This document shows positions 24,775 to 32,697 of a DNA stretch of 64,000 bases, in pieces. The notes under the pieces were generated by a model, which had not been told where the DNA came from, ran no database searches, and saw only the letters and a program-made list of their open reading frames with translations. The DNA comes from Patescibacteria group bacterium (GTDB taxonomy: Bacteria; Patescibacteriota; Minisyncoccia; Minisyncoccales; UBA5738), in NCBI GenBank assembly GCA_034678605.1, contig JAXDBQ010000039.1, positions 1,172-65,171 on the forward strand, written 5' to 3'. The stretch's first letter is position 1. Each line of letters begins with the position of its first letter. A program made the position numbers and the translations under genes.

Positions 24775-25545
24775 ATGGGCAAAGATTTGGGGAAAAATGT
24801 GAATAAGGATATAAAGAAAAAAATCCGCAGCGCGGGTTACCCGGCGTTGGACTTGGGGAGCGCGATTTTGGCGGCGCGAAAGGTCTTTGGCGATTTGGGG
24901 CAGGGGCCGCATTCGCGGCCAAGTTTGGCGCGGGGATTGGGATATAAAAATTTTTGCGGGCCGGCGTCGGCCAAGATTGGCGCGTTGGTTCATTTTGGTT
25001 TGCTGGAAAAATTCGGCGGCAATTATTCGATCACGGGTTTGGCCAAGACGCTTTTTGGCTATCCAAAAAATGATTGCCAAAAAGAAATGTTTGCCGCCGC
25101 GGTCAAGCCGGCGTTGTTTGGCGCGCTGGCGGCGCGGTTTGCCGGCGAAATTTTGCCCAACAATTTGGCCGCGATTTTGGCCGGCGATTATAAAATTTCC
25201 GTCAACGCCGCGCCGCGCGCCGCGCAAAATTTCGTCAAAACCGTCAAGATCGCCGAAATGTTAAAGGACGGAGTTTTGATTTTGCCCGACGATCAAAAAA
25301 ATGACGAGGGCGCGAGTAATTTTGACATATCGGTCGAAAACGCGGACGATCCGGAAAATAAAGATATTCCGGCAAAAAAAAATTCTATCGGCGCGCAAAA
25401 TTGCAATGGCATTAAAATCAAATTGTCATCGGGCATTGAAATTGTTTTTCCGCCGGAATTCGCCCTGCGGCTTTCGATGGGCGAGTTTGCCGCCGATCTT
25501 AAAACCCTGGACGAAAAATCCAAATTCGCTTTGCCGGATGGTTGA
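24775..25545 (+). CDS. Hypothetical protein (possible winged-helix-like N-terminal region)
   Basis: 256-aa ORF with coding-like composition. LGYKNFCGPASAKIGALVHFGLLEKFGGNYSITGLA resembles a wHTH. I recognise no family. Confidence 0.45.
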   Translation: MGKDLGKNVNKDIKKKIRSAGYPALDLGSAILAARKVFGDLGQGPHSRPSLARGLGYKNFCGPASAKIGALVHFGLLEKFGGNYSITGLAKTLFGYPKNDCQKEMFAAAVKPALFGALAARFAGEILPNNLAAILAGDYKISVNAAPRAAQNFVKTVKIAEMLKDGVLILPDDQKNDEGASNFDISVENADDPENKDIPAKKNSIGAQNCNGIKIKLSSGIEIVFPPEFALRLSMGEFAADLKTLDEKSKFALPDG

Positions 25546-25611
25546 CAGATTGCAAAATTTGTTTAATATGGCCTTACGATTTGAAAAATCGAGATTTTTA
25601 ACAAAGGAGGA

Positions 25612-26172
25612 TTGATTTGGGTGATTGACGGAGAGGATAATATAAGAGAATTGCCATTATCAATAATGTTGGCGTTGATGTGGAAAGCCGGCAACTGCGC
25701 TTGGCCGGTTGACAAAGATAAAGCATCGGTGGCGGTTGCCAGCGCGGTAATCGCAACAGTGGCCGGAAGTTATCCTTGCTGGGCAAGAGATTTCTTTTCT
25801 TTATTGGGGAGTAGCAGTAAAAGATATCTTGAAATCACTTATGCCGGATTGGAGATTGTAAAAGAAAAGCCGCATCAGTTTGACTCTCGTTTTTTATCGG
25901 CGGTTATGTATTTATTCGAGCCGAAAGAAATGGGTGTTAGCATTTCTTCGCAATCAACAGAATTCGCAGAATGGTATGGTTTTGGTTTGGTGGGGTTGAG
26001 GTGCCCCGATATTGATGGCGGAGTAAATGATGATTGTAATATCAGACGCAGAATATTGTCTCTTGGAAAGAGACATTTTAAAAAACTGCCAAGAGAGATT
26101 CAAACATCAATCGATTTGGTGAAGCCGCAAATTCCGCCAATGTTAAAGCAAGTTATTGAGACAAGGAGATAG
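25612..26172 (+). CDS. Hypothetical protein
   Basis: 186-aa ORF, AT-richer than the core genes, followed by a terminator at 26193-26224. Confidence 0.4.
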   Translation: MIWVIDGEDNIRELPLSIMLALMWKAGNCAWPVDKDKASVAVASAVIATVAGSYPCWARDFFSLLGSSSKRYLEITYAGLEIVKEKPHQFDSRFLSAVMYLFEPKEMGVSISSQSTEFAEWYGFGLVGLRCPDIDGGVNDDCNIRRRILSLGKRHFKKLPREIQTSIDLVKPQIPPMLKQVIETRR

Positions 26173-26192
26173 TCCTTGTTCTTTTTTTGAAC

Positions 26193-26224
26193 AAAACAAA
26201 AATGCCTTGGCATTTTTGTTTTTG
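26193..26224 (+). terminator. Intrinsic terminator
   Basis: aacaaaaatgcc ttg gcatttttgtt stem followed by tttg. Confidence 0.65.
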
Positions 26225-26292
26225 ATTTTTATGATTGAATGTTTAGCGAAGCGTATGATTAAATGATTTAATGTTTAAATAATTAAATGGTT

Positions 26293-26823
26293 TTATTCGA
26301 TGCAACAGTTAAGGGCTTTTTTGACCAGGGCGTTGAGCTTGCCCATGAAGCCCTGCGGTTTGTCGTCGTGTTTATCGAGGGCGTCGTCGTCGATCTTTTT
26401 TATTCCGGCGGCGTCGATGAGGCCCATGTTCAGGCCCCAGAACAGGGAATAGAGTTTGAACGATTTGGCAAACATGTCATGGGCGCTGTCGTTGTTGCCG
26501 GCGGAGAGTTCTTTGGTGCCCACTTCCATGAGCCGGTATGACGCGGCCATCAAATGCTTGGAGATGCACCAAACCTCGCCTTCGGGGTCTTTGACGATCT
26601 TTTTGAGCAGTTCTTTGCGCATCTCGCGCGTTTCGTTGAGGAATCCGTAGTATTTCTTTTTTCCGGTTTTTTCGGCCGTGAAAAAGAAATGCTCTTCGAT
26701 GCTCACCAAATTCATTATCGCCAGCGACAGGTCTTGGTCGCGGGAAAGATCAACCTTGTCCTTTTTTTTCATTTCGTCGAATTTGGCGACGAACTCGTCC
26801 AAATTTTTGATTTGATTATCCAT
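26293..26823 (-). CDS. Conserved-looking hypothetical protein (helical, C-terminal CC motif)
   Basis: ATG at 26823 (MDNQIKNLDEF...). The longer call enters repeat D. I recognise no family. Confidence 0.5.
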   Translation of the reverse strand: MDNQIKNLDEFVAKFDEMKKKDKVDLSRDQDLSLAIMNLVSIEEHFFFTAEKTGKKKYYGFLNETREMRKELLKKIVKDPEGEVWCISKHLMAASYRLMEVGTKELSAGNNDSAHDMFAKSFKLYSLFWGLNMGLIDAAGIKKIDDDALDKHDDKPQGFMGKLNALVKKALNCCIE

Positions 26824-26933
26824 GATTTTAAAGTCAAAATTCAAAAGTCTGCGCCGGAGGCGCATCCGTCCTTTGGCGGAAAAAGTCAAAAGTTAAAGTT
26901 AAAATCCTGAAAGTTTTGAAGTTCAGCTTTGAA
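26824..26933. repeat. Word-hairpin family D carrying a GC twin-mini-hairpin insert (G2)
   Basis: The arms ttttaaagtcaaaattcaaaagtc ... aaaagtcaaaagttaaagttaaaatcc are direct repeats rather than complementary. The insert tgcgccggaggcgca tccgtcctttggcgga is at 26848-26881. Confidence 0.7.
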
Positions 26934-27449
26934 TTAGTTTGTTAAAAAATAGAAAATTGCCGTGAAGACCAAGAGAGTTGCCACCGGAAGCGCGATTTTT
27001 TCGTAAGGGAAATGGGCTTTGCCGTTGTGGCGCTGTTTCAAGAATTCATACAATTTGGCGGCAAAGAAAAAGGCGGCCGATCCCTGGATTATTCCGACCA
27101 GCAGTTTGTCCTGCGCGCAGGAACAGATGAAATCAAACGGATGGGCGATAATTTTGGCGTAATACAGCGGGGTGATCGCCATCAGATAATAGGCCAGGAT
27201 CACGAAAAATCTTTTGAACAAAAAGCGGATGTTTTTGCGGTTGAGCCAGTCGATGGTCCAAAGCGACAGCGACAGCAAAAACGCGCCCAGCCACAGGCCG
27301 GTTATCGAATCGTCGATTCCCAGCCAGCGCGACAGGCCCACGCCGGCGCCCACGGCCACGGTGCAAACCGGGCAGACCGCTTGCGCTTTGCTTGCGGCCA
27401 GCAGGCCGGCAATCGACAGGCAGATGATGGAAGCGAATTGGTTTTTCAT
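26934..27449 (-). CDS. Polytopic membrane protein with a CPVC motif just after the signal sequence and a second CSC motif; candidate membrane thiol-disulfide oxidoreductase partner
   Basis: Signal-like N-terminus ...ASKAQA|VCPVCTV, four further hydrophobic segments, and FICSCAQ. It shares a 4-bp overlap with the upstream thioredoxin-like gene. Confidence 0.5.
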   Translation of the reverse strand: MKNQFASIICLSIAGLLAASKAQAVCPVCTVAVGAGVGLSRWLGIDDSITGLWLGAFLLSLSLWTIDWLNRKNIRFLFKRFFVILAYYLMAITPLYYAKIIAHPFDFICSCAQDKLLVGIIQGSAAFFFAAKLYEFLKQRHNGKAHFPYEKIALPVATLLVFTAIFYFLTN

Positions 27450-27832
27450 GGCAAGAATTTTGTTTTCAAAAAATCAATGATGGCCTGGTCGCCGGAATAA
27501 CATTTTGATTCGGCGGCTTCCCAAAGCAGGGGAACGCCCAATTCATTCGGGCCGATGCCGCATATTTTCGCGATTTTGAGAAGATCATTTTTGTTTTCCT
27601 GGTTTTGATAGACCTCTTTTTGCGCGATGGCGATCTTGTTTCGCGCGAGATATTCTTCGACGATCTTGCAATGCGGGCAAGCCGAGCCGTAATACAAAAT
27701 TATTTTGTTGTTTTTATTATTGCCATCATTGTTATCGGCGGCCGGCTGTCGGTTTGCCAGGTTGCCGATCGAGAAAAGCGAGGCCGCGGCCAGCAGAATC
27801 GTGGAAATCGCCAATTTTTTCGTGTTGTTCAT
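27446..27832 (-). CDS. Secreted/anchored thioredoxin-fold (glutaredoxin-like) protein, CPHC active site
   Basis: N-terminal TM/signal (LAISTILLAAASLFSIG), then ILYYGSACPHCKIVEEYL, typical of the thioredoxin/glutaredoxin fold. Confidence 0.7.
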   Translation of the reverse strand: MNNTKKLAISTILLAAASLFSIGNLANRQPAADNNDGNNKNNKIILYYGSACPHCKIVEEYLARNKIAIAQKEVYQNQENKNDLLKIAKICGIGPNELGVPLLWEAAESKCYSGDQAIIDFLKTKFLP

Positions 27833-27932
27833 GAAATTAAGTTTATCTGGATGCCGGCAAGTCGTTCTAAAAATATGATATTGCGATATAAGGATTTGTC
27901 AATGCGCCGGTTTTTGATATTCTAAATATATC

Positions 27933-28610
27933 ATGAACAAAAAAATTGCGTTATTCTTGGCGTTGGCCGGGTTGTTTGTTTTCGCGCCGGCGGCGAGCGC
28001 GCATTTGCCGCGGCTGGAGCGCGGCAAGACCGAAATAAAGATCGAAAAGCCGGAAGTTTCCCAGGCGTTTTATGGTTGGCTTCAAGGGAAACCGGCGGTT
28101 TATTTGATTTCTTCAAAAAAGCCGTTTTTGCTTTATTTGGGATTGCTGTCGCCGCGGACCGAGGCCGCGCGCATGGATTATTCGATTTCGATTAGCAAGG
28201 ACGGCGCGCCGTTCGCGCGGGTTTCGGCTGATGATTCGCTGTGGATGCTTGAGTACGAGCCGTTTGGCGATGACTATTATTCCAAGGGCCCGGAATATCA
28301 AGCCCAAGTTCCGGCCGGCGATTATCAAATCGAAGTTTCTAATTCGGGCAACAACGGCAACTATGTGCTGGTGGCGGGCAAAACCGAGGATTTGTCGGCG
28401 GGCGAGTTTTTGCGCACGTTGGCGGTGTTGCCGGCGGTCAAGCAGGAATTTTTTGGCAAGCCGTGGTGGCAGGCCTATAACAATTTGGTGGGGTTGGCGG
28501 CGTTTATTTTGCTGGTTTTTATTTCGATCGCGGCCTATTTTATAATCTCGTTTATCCGCCGCCGCCGCCTTAAAGCCAAACTTGACCGCGAATATTCCAA
28601 ATTATCTTGA
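27933..28610 (+). CDS. Secreted protein with a C-terminal membrane anchor; the mature N-terminus is predicted to start with His
   Basis: Signal peptide ...FAPAASA|HLPRLE, a beta-rich body, a C-terminal TM (LVGLAAFILLVFISIAAYFIISFI), then RRRR. Confidence 0.5.
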   Translation: MNKKIALFLALAGLFVFAPAASAHLPRLERGKTEIKIEKPEVSQAFYGWLQGKPAVYLISSKKPFLLYLGLLSPRTEAARMDYSISISKDGAPFARVSADDSLWMLEYEPFGDDYYSKGPEYQAQVPAGDYQIEVSNSGNNGNYVLVAGKTEDLSAGEFLRTLAVLPAVKQEFFGKPWWQAYNNLVGLAAFILLVFISIAAYFIISFIRRRRLKAKLDREYSKLS

Positions 28611-28714
28611 ACTACGAACTCAATCCAAATACTTTTGAAGGGGTCTAACCCCTGCGATTACGCAGGGGATAGACCCCAAAATGCAAATTCAATTAAACCG
28701 CCATGGCGAATTCA
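28609..28714. repeat. R2 MITE-like element (nested hairpin core ggggtcta-a-cccctgcg-atta-cgcagggg-a-tagacccc), copy 1
   Basis: The core is at 28640-28677, with the tail aaaatgcaaattc to 28690. There are degenerate terminal repeats gaactacgaac / gcgaattc. The right end overlaps the yraN start. Confidence 0.75.
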
Positions 28715-29119
28715 AGATCCGTTGGTCGAAAAGGGGAGGAAATTGCCGCGGATTTTTTGCGGGGCAAGGGCTATAAGATATTGGACCGCAATTTTGTTTT
28801 CCGCGTTCCCGGCGGGCCGGCGGTCGCCGAAGTTGATATCATCGCCAAAAAGCGCGATTTGTTTGTATTCGCGGAAGTGAAAACCATCAAGGCCAATTCA
28901 AAATATCTGGCGCAGGACAAGGTGAACATGGTCAAGAAATGGAAGATCGCCAAGGCCGCGGAATTGTGGCTGATAAAAAACAAAGTTCCGCTCGATGTCA
29001 AATGGCAGATCGACGTGATCGCCATCGAGCTTTTGCCCGACGACCGGCCAAAAATCATGCGCCAGCTCCTTGGCCCCAAATGCAAAATCTCGCATTTTGA
29101 AAACATCGCAATCCGCTGA
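28703..29119 (+). CDS. yraN: YraN-family (UPF0102) endonuclease-like protein
   Basis: GRKGEEIAADFLRGKGYKILDRNF, EVDIIAKKRDLFVFAEVKT (PD-(D/E)XK core). Confidence 0.8.
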   Translation: MANSRSVGRKGEEIAADFLRGKGYKILDRNFVFRVPGGPAVAEVDIIAKKRDLFVFAEVKTIKANSKYLAQDKVNMVKKWKIAKAAELWLIKNKVPLDVKWQIDVIAIELLPDDRPKIMRQLLGPKCKISHFENIAIR

Positions 29120-29274
29120 TTTCGCGAATTTAAAAAACTGGATTATATTCCATAAATTTCAAAATCGGTGTTTTGTGCCGGTTTTGGCCTTAAATTTTAC
29201 CGAATTCCAATTAAAAAATTTGACATTTTATGAAAATAAATTAGATTAATTAAAAAAATGGCGGAGGTATTTAT

Positions 29275-29487
29275 TTGGACATTAAAAAAGGCGATGAATT
29301 TGAATTGAAGGGAAAAATTTGGGGAGCCGCATCAACTGCGGCGGGAGAGAATAGTCGATATTTATATCCAGGGGCAACCGTAAGAATCGAAAATCCGAAT
29401 AATTCGTGGATGAAAATTTCTTCAACAATCGATGGAAAAAGAGAATATTTCAAAACCAGTAAGGAATTGTTTTTGAAGGCTATTTGA
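29275..29487 (+). CDS. Small hypothetical protein
   Basis: TTG start with ggaggt 8 nt upstream; 70 aa; AT-rich. Confidence 0.35.
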   Translation: MDIKKGDEFELKGKIWGAASTAAGENSRYLYPGATVRIENPNNSWMKISSTIDGKREYFKTSKELFLKAI

Positions 29488-30169
29488 TGTTTGGTATTAA
29501 TTTCTTCAGTTTCGTTATGGTGCGGAGAGGGTGGTCGAGGGCTTTTTCGAGGAAATTAGCCGCGCATCCGCTTGCCGCGCCTTTTTTTTCTTTGATGGCG
29601 GCGATAATTTGTTCGGGGGTAATGTCCGGCGACCAGTCAAACGGCAGTTCGAGCCAGACCTTGCCGAGGAAATGGTTGCTAAAGTGCGCGTCCGAGCCGG
29701 CGGTAAACGGCAGGTTGTGTTTTTGGGCAAAGCCGCGGGCTTGATCGTTGCCCCAAAAAACCGAGGCGTTCAAAATTTCGACGCCGTCAAATTGCCCCAG
29801 ATAATTTCGTAAATTTTCTTTGAATCCGCAAAACGAGCCGAAGGGGTGGGCGATGATGGCCAGTCCGTTTTGTTTTTTTATTCTTGCCAAAACTTCGCGG
29901 GCCGGCAAGTGGTCGGGGATCGGCTCTTTGATGTTTAGCGCCAAAATATCGCCGGAGGTCGATTTTACTTCTTCGGCCGGGATCACCAAAATCGGCAAAT
30001 TATTTGCTTGGACGTATTTTCGCGCTTCCAACGAGCCGACCATATTGCCGTGGTCGGCGATGGCAACGCATTGCAAGCCGCGCTTCAATGCCAAATCAAC
30101 GATCTTTTTGGGATCGGCCAGGCTGTCGAATGAGTAACGGCTGTGGATGTGGAGGTCGCAGCGGATCAT
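29480..30169 (-). CDS. PHP-domain metal-dependent phosphoesterase
   Basis: CDLHIHSRYSFDS, AIADHGN, IAHPF, AGSDAH. Confidence 0.8.
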   Translation of the reverse strand: MIRCDLHIHSRYSFDSLADPKKIVDLALKRGLQCVAIADHGNMVGSLEARKYVQANNLPILVIPAEEVKSTSGDILALNIKEPIPDHLPAREVLARIKKQNGLAIIAHPFGSFCGFKENLRNYLGQFDGVEILNASVFWGNDQARGFAQKHNLPFTAGSDAHFSNHFLGKVWLELPFDWSPDITPEQIIAAIKEKKGAASGCAANFLEKALDHPLRTITKLKKLIPNIK

Positions 30170-30170
30170 A

Positions 30171-30262
30171 GAATTAAAAAATTAAATTCAAATGCTATTG
30201 TCGGGGTCTAACCGCCCGCGAGTACGCGGGGGATAGACCCCAAAATACAAAATGCGAAATTC
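30171..30262. repeat. R2 MITE-like element, copy 2
   Basis: gaattaaaaaattaaattcaaatgctattgtc ggggtcta a ccgcccgcg agta cgcggggg a tagacccc aaaatacaaaatgcgaaattc. Confidence 0.8.
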
Positions 30263-30323
30263 TAAATACTTTGATTTGAAATTTTAGCATATTGTAGTAT
30301 TGTAGCAATAAAGGGGATTGAAT

Positions 30324-30896
30324 ATGGAATTTGATTTTTTGTTTATCGTGTCGTGTATTTATTTTTTCTTGCCGGCGTATTTGGCCAATATGACGCCGCC
30401 TTTGGTTCGCAACGCCAAGATATTCGATTTTTTGGCGCGGCCGGTGGACTTTGGCAAGACTTGGCGCGGCAAGCGGATTTTTGGCGATCACAAAACCTGG
30501 CGCGGCGCGGTCTGCGCGATCGCCGTGGGCATGGGCGCGGCGTTGTTGCAATGGTGGCTTTACAAATTCCATTGGGCCGAAGAGCTTTCTCTGCTTGATT
30601 ATAAATCGGTAAATTTGTGGGTGTTTTCGCTGCTTTTCGCCGGCGGCGCGGTAGCCGGCGATTTGGCCGCGGCTTTTGCCAAGCGACGGCTGAATTTGCC
30701 GCCGGGCGCGCCGTTTATGCCGTGGGACCAAACCAATTACGTTGTCGGCAGTTTTGTTTTTTTGGCGGCTTATTTGGGGAAATATTTGACCGGCGATTTG
30801 CTGGTATGGGGCGCGGTTTTCGTGACGACATTCTTTTTGCATTTGCTTTTCAACCGCTTTGGTTATGATATCGGCTTGCACAAAGCAAAATGGTAA
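30324..30896 (+). CDS. carS: CDP-archaeol synthase (CarS, DUF46/UPF0290) homolog; CDP-alcohol/CTP-transferase-like membrane protein
   Basis: FLPAYLANMTPPL...PVDFGKTWRGKRIFGDHKTWRGAV and multiple TM segments match the CarS family pattern as I remember it (YxPAYxANxxP ... DGxRxxGxxKTxxG). Confidence 0.65.
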   Translation: MEFDFLFIVSCIYFFLPAYLANMTPPLVRNAKIFDFLARPVDFGKTWRGKRIFGDHKTWRGAVCAIAVGMGAALLQWWLYKFHWAEELSLLDYKSVNLWVFSLLFAGGAVAGDLAAAFAKRRLNLPPGAPFMPWDQTNYVVGSFVFLAAYLGKYLTGDLLVWGAVFVTTFFLHLLFNRFGYDIGLHKAKW

Positions 30897-30990
30897 TTTT
30901 AGCGCAAAGCGCAAAGCGTAAAGCGCAAAGTAAAAATGCGGATTTTGAATTTTACTTTTAGTTTTTCGCTTTAAGTTTTACGCTTTTACT
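30897..30990. repeat. Word-hairpin family B, full hairpin
   Basis: agcgcaaagcgcaaagcgtaaagcgcaaagtaaaaatgcgg | attttgaattttacttttagtttttcgctttaagttttacgctttt. Confidence 0.8.
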
Positions 30991-31644
30991 ATGGTTTACG
31001 AAACATTCAATAATTTCATCGACCGGGTTTCCGGTTCGGCGTTCGATCTGGCGTCAGCCGGGATAATTTTTTTGTTCGGCTGGTATTTCGCGTACGTGAT
31101 CGGCGGCAAGGCGGCTGAATTCATCGGCCGCGCGAAATTGAACCAAATCATCAAGCGGGCGGGGTGGAATGAGGCGATCGGCCGCGTTTGGCGCGGCATG
31201 ACCGCGGCCAAGCTGTTCGGCAAAACAGTGGAAATTTGGGTGCTGCTGTTCTTTTTGATGGTTTGCGCGGGCATTTTGCGGCTTGACAGCGTGAGCCAGT
31301 TTTTGCAATCGGCAGTGGTTTATTTCTTCAATATTTTTGTTGCGTTTTTGATCTTGGCGGTGGCCGCGGTTTTGGCGGATTTTTCGCGAAATAACTTGAT
31401 CGCCAATTTGGAAAAGGAAAAATTCGTTTATTCGCATTTTTTGTCAAAATGCGTTTCGGGGGTGATTTGGACTTTGGCGGCGCTTGCAATCCTTTATCAA
31501 TTAAAGATTATCGCGCCGCTGGTGCTCACGATTTTCGTGGGCATCGTGGTGACGGTTTCGGTGGCCGTGGGATTGGCCTTGGGCTTGGGCGGCAAAGATC
31601 TGGCGGCCAAAATTTTGAAAGAGATCGAAAGCCGGCTCAAATAA
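30991..31644 (+). CDS. Hypothetical polytopic membrane protein
   Basis: Five to six hydrophobic segments; no confident family. Confidence 0.5.
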   Translation: MVYETFNNFIDRVSGSAFDLASAGIIFLFGWYFAYVIGGKAAEFIGRAKLNQIIKRAGWNEAIGRVWRGMTAAKLFGKTVEIWVLLFFLMVCAGILRLDSVSQFLQSAVVYFFNIFVAFLILAVAAVLADFSRNNLIANLEKEKFVYSHFLSKCVSGVIWTLAALAILYQLKIIAPLVLTIFVGIVVTVSVAVGLALGLGGKDLAAKILKEIESRLK

Positions 31645-31853
31645 AATGTCAAAATTTCCCCGTCTTCGTCAAATGCTATGGTGGGCAAGCAATTTCCAAT
31701 TTCAAAATAAATATCAAAATGATTGAATCCAAGATAAATTTGTGCTAATCTTAAAAATTGGAATCACTGATCGCATCCCGTATTTCGTGTTCACAGATTT
31801 TAGTTTTGAGTTGAAGTTTTTCGTTCTTGGTTTTTACATTTTACATAATTTTC

Positions 31854-32549
31854 ATGCAAATCATTTGGCACGGCCAATCATGTTTTGAAATAATCATCGC
31901 CAAGGGAAAAGGGGATTATGCCACGATTTTGATCGATCCTCCCAGCGAGGCCAAGACCGGCCTGAAAGCGCCCAAAACCGGTGCGCAAATCGTTCTTGCA
32001 ACCAACGGCAACTATACCGCCGGCAAAGTCGATTTGGACAAGATCGCGCCCGGCGCCTTTTTGATCGATTCGCCCGGCGAATATGAGATAAAAGATATTT
32101 ATATCCGCGGCACGGATTTTAATTTTGGCAAAGCCGCCTTCGCGCAAAATCTTGGCGGGTCAAAGAAAGAAATTGCCAAAGACGCGCCGGCGGGCGCGAT
32201 TTATACCATTGAAGCCGAAGAAATGAAAATTTGCCATTTAGGCAATTATGCCGCGCCGGAACTTTCGCCGGCGCAGGTGGAAAAGATCGGCAATGTGGAT
32301 ATTTTGTTGTTTCCGGTTGGCGTTGGCGATTCGGGCGCCAAAGATTCGCTCAAGGTGATCTCGCAGATCGAGCCCAGCGTGGCGGTGCCCATGAATTATG
32401 AAATACCAAAATTGAAAATCGCGGCCGGCGATTTGAAGGAATTTTTAAAGGCCGCGGGCGTGGGAACGGTCGAGCCGTTGGCAAAACTCACCGTTAAGAG
32501 GAAGGATATTTCGGCCGAAGAAGCCAAGATCGTGATTTTAAATCCATAG
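31854..32549 (+). CDS. Metallo-beta-lactamase-fold protein (UPF0173-like) with a degenerate HxHxDH motif
   Basis: MQIIWHGQSCFEII...ILIDP is the typical UPF0173 start. The expected THxHxDH position reads LATNGNYTAG. Confidence 0.55.
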   Translation: MQIIWHGQSCFEIIIAKGKGDYATILIDPPSEAKTGLKAPKTGAQIVLATNGNYTAGKVDLDKIAPGAFLIDSPGEYEIKDIYIRGTDFNFGKAAFAQNLGGSKKEIAKDAPAGAIYTIEAEEMKICHLGNYAAPELSPAQVEKIGNVDILLFPVGVGDSGAKDSLKVISQIEPSVAVPMNYEIPKLKIAAGDLKEFLKAAGVGTVEPLAKLTVKRKDISAEEAKIVILNP

Positions 32550-32697
32550 GATTTAAAATCACGATAAATCCCAAATCCCAAGCGCTAAATCCCAAATAAA
32601 TTCAAATATCAAAATTTTAAATTAGAAGTTTTCGTTTTGATTTTTGATGTTTGGATTTGTTTAGGATTTAGAATTTAGGACTTAGATTTTTTAAGGT
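32550..32697. repeat. Word-hairpin family C, full hairpin
   Basis: aaatcccaaatcccaagcgctaaatcccaaataaattcaaatatcaaaattt ... ttttgatttttgatgtttggatttgtttaggatttagaatttaggacttagattt. Confidence 0.8.

Noticed and set aside
24451-26290. I considered calling the post-tRNA cassette a prophage or integrative element.
   Set aside because: There is no integrase or recombinase, no phage structural genes, and no duplicated tRNA-Ala 3' segment in the window. It is kept only as a low-confidence accessory-module observation.
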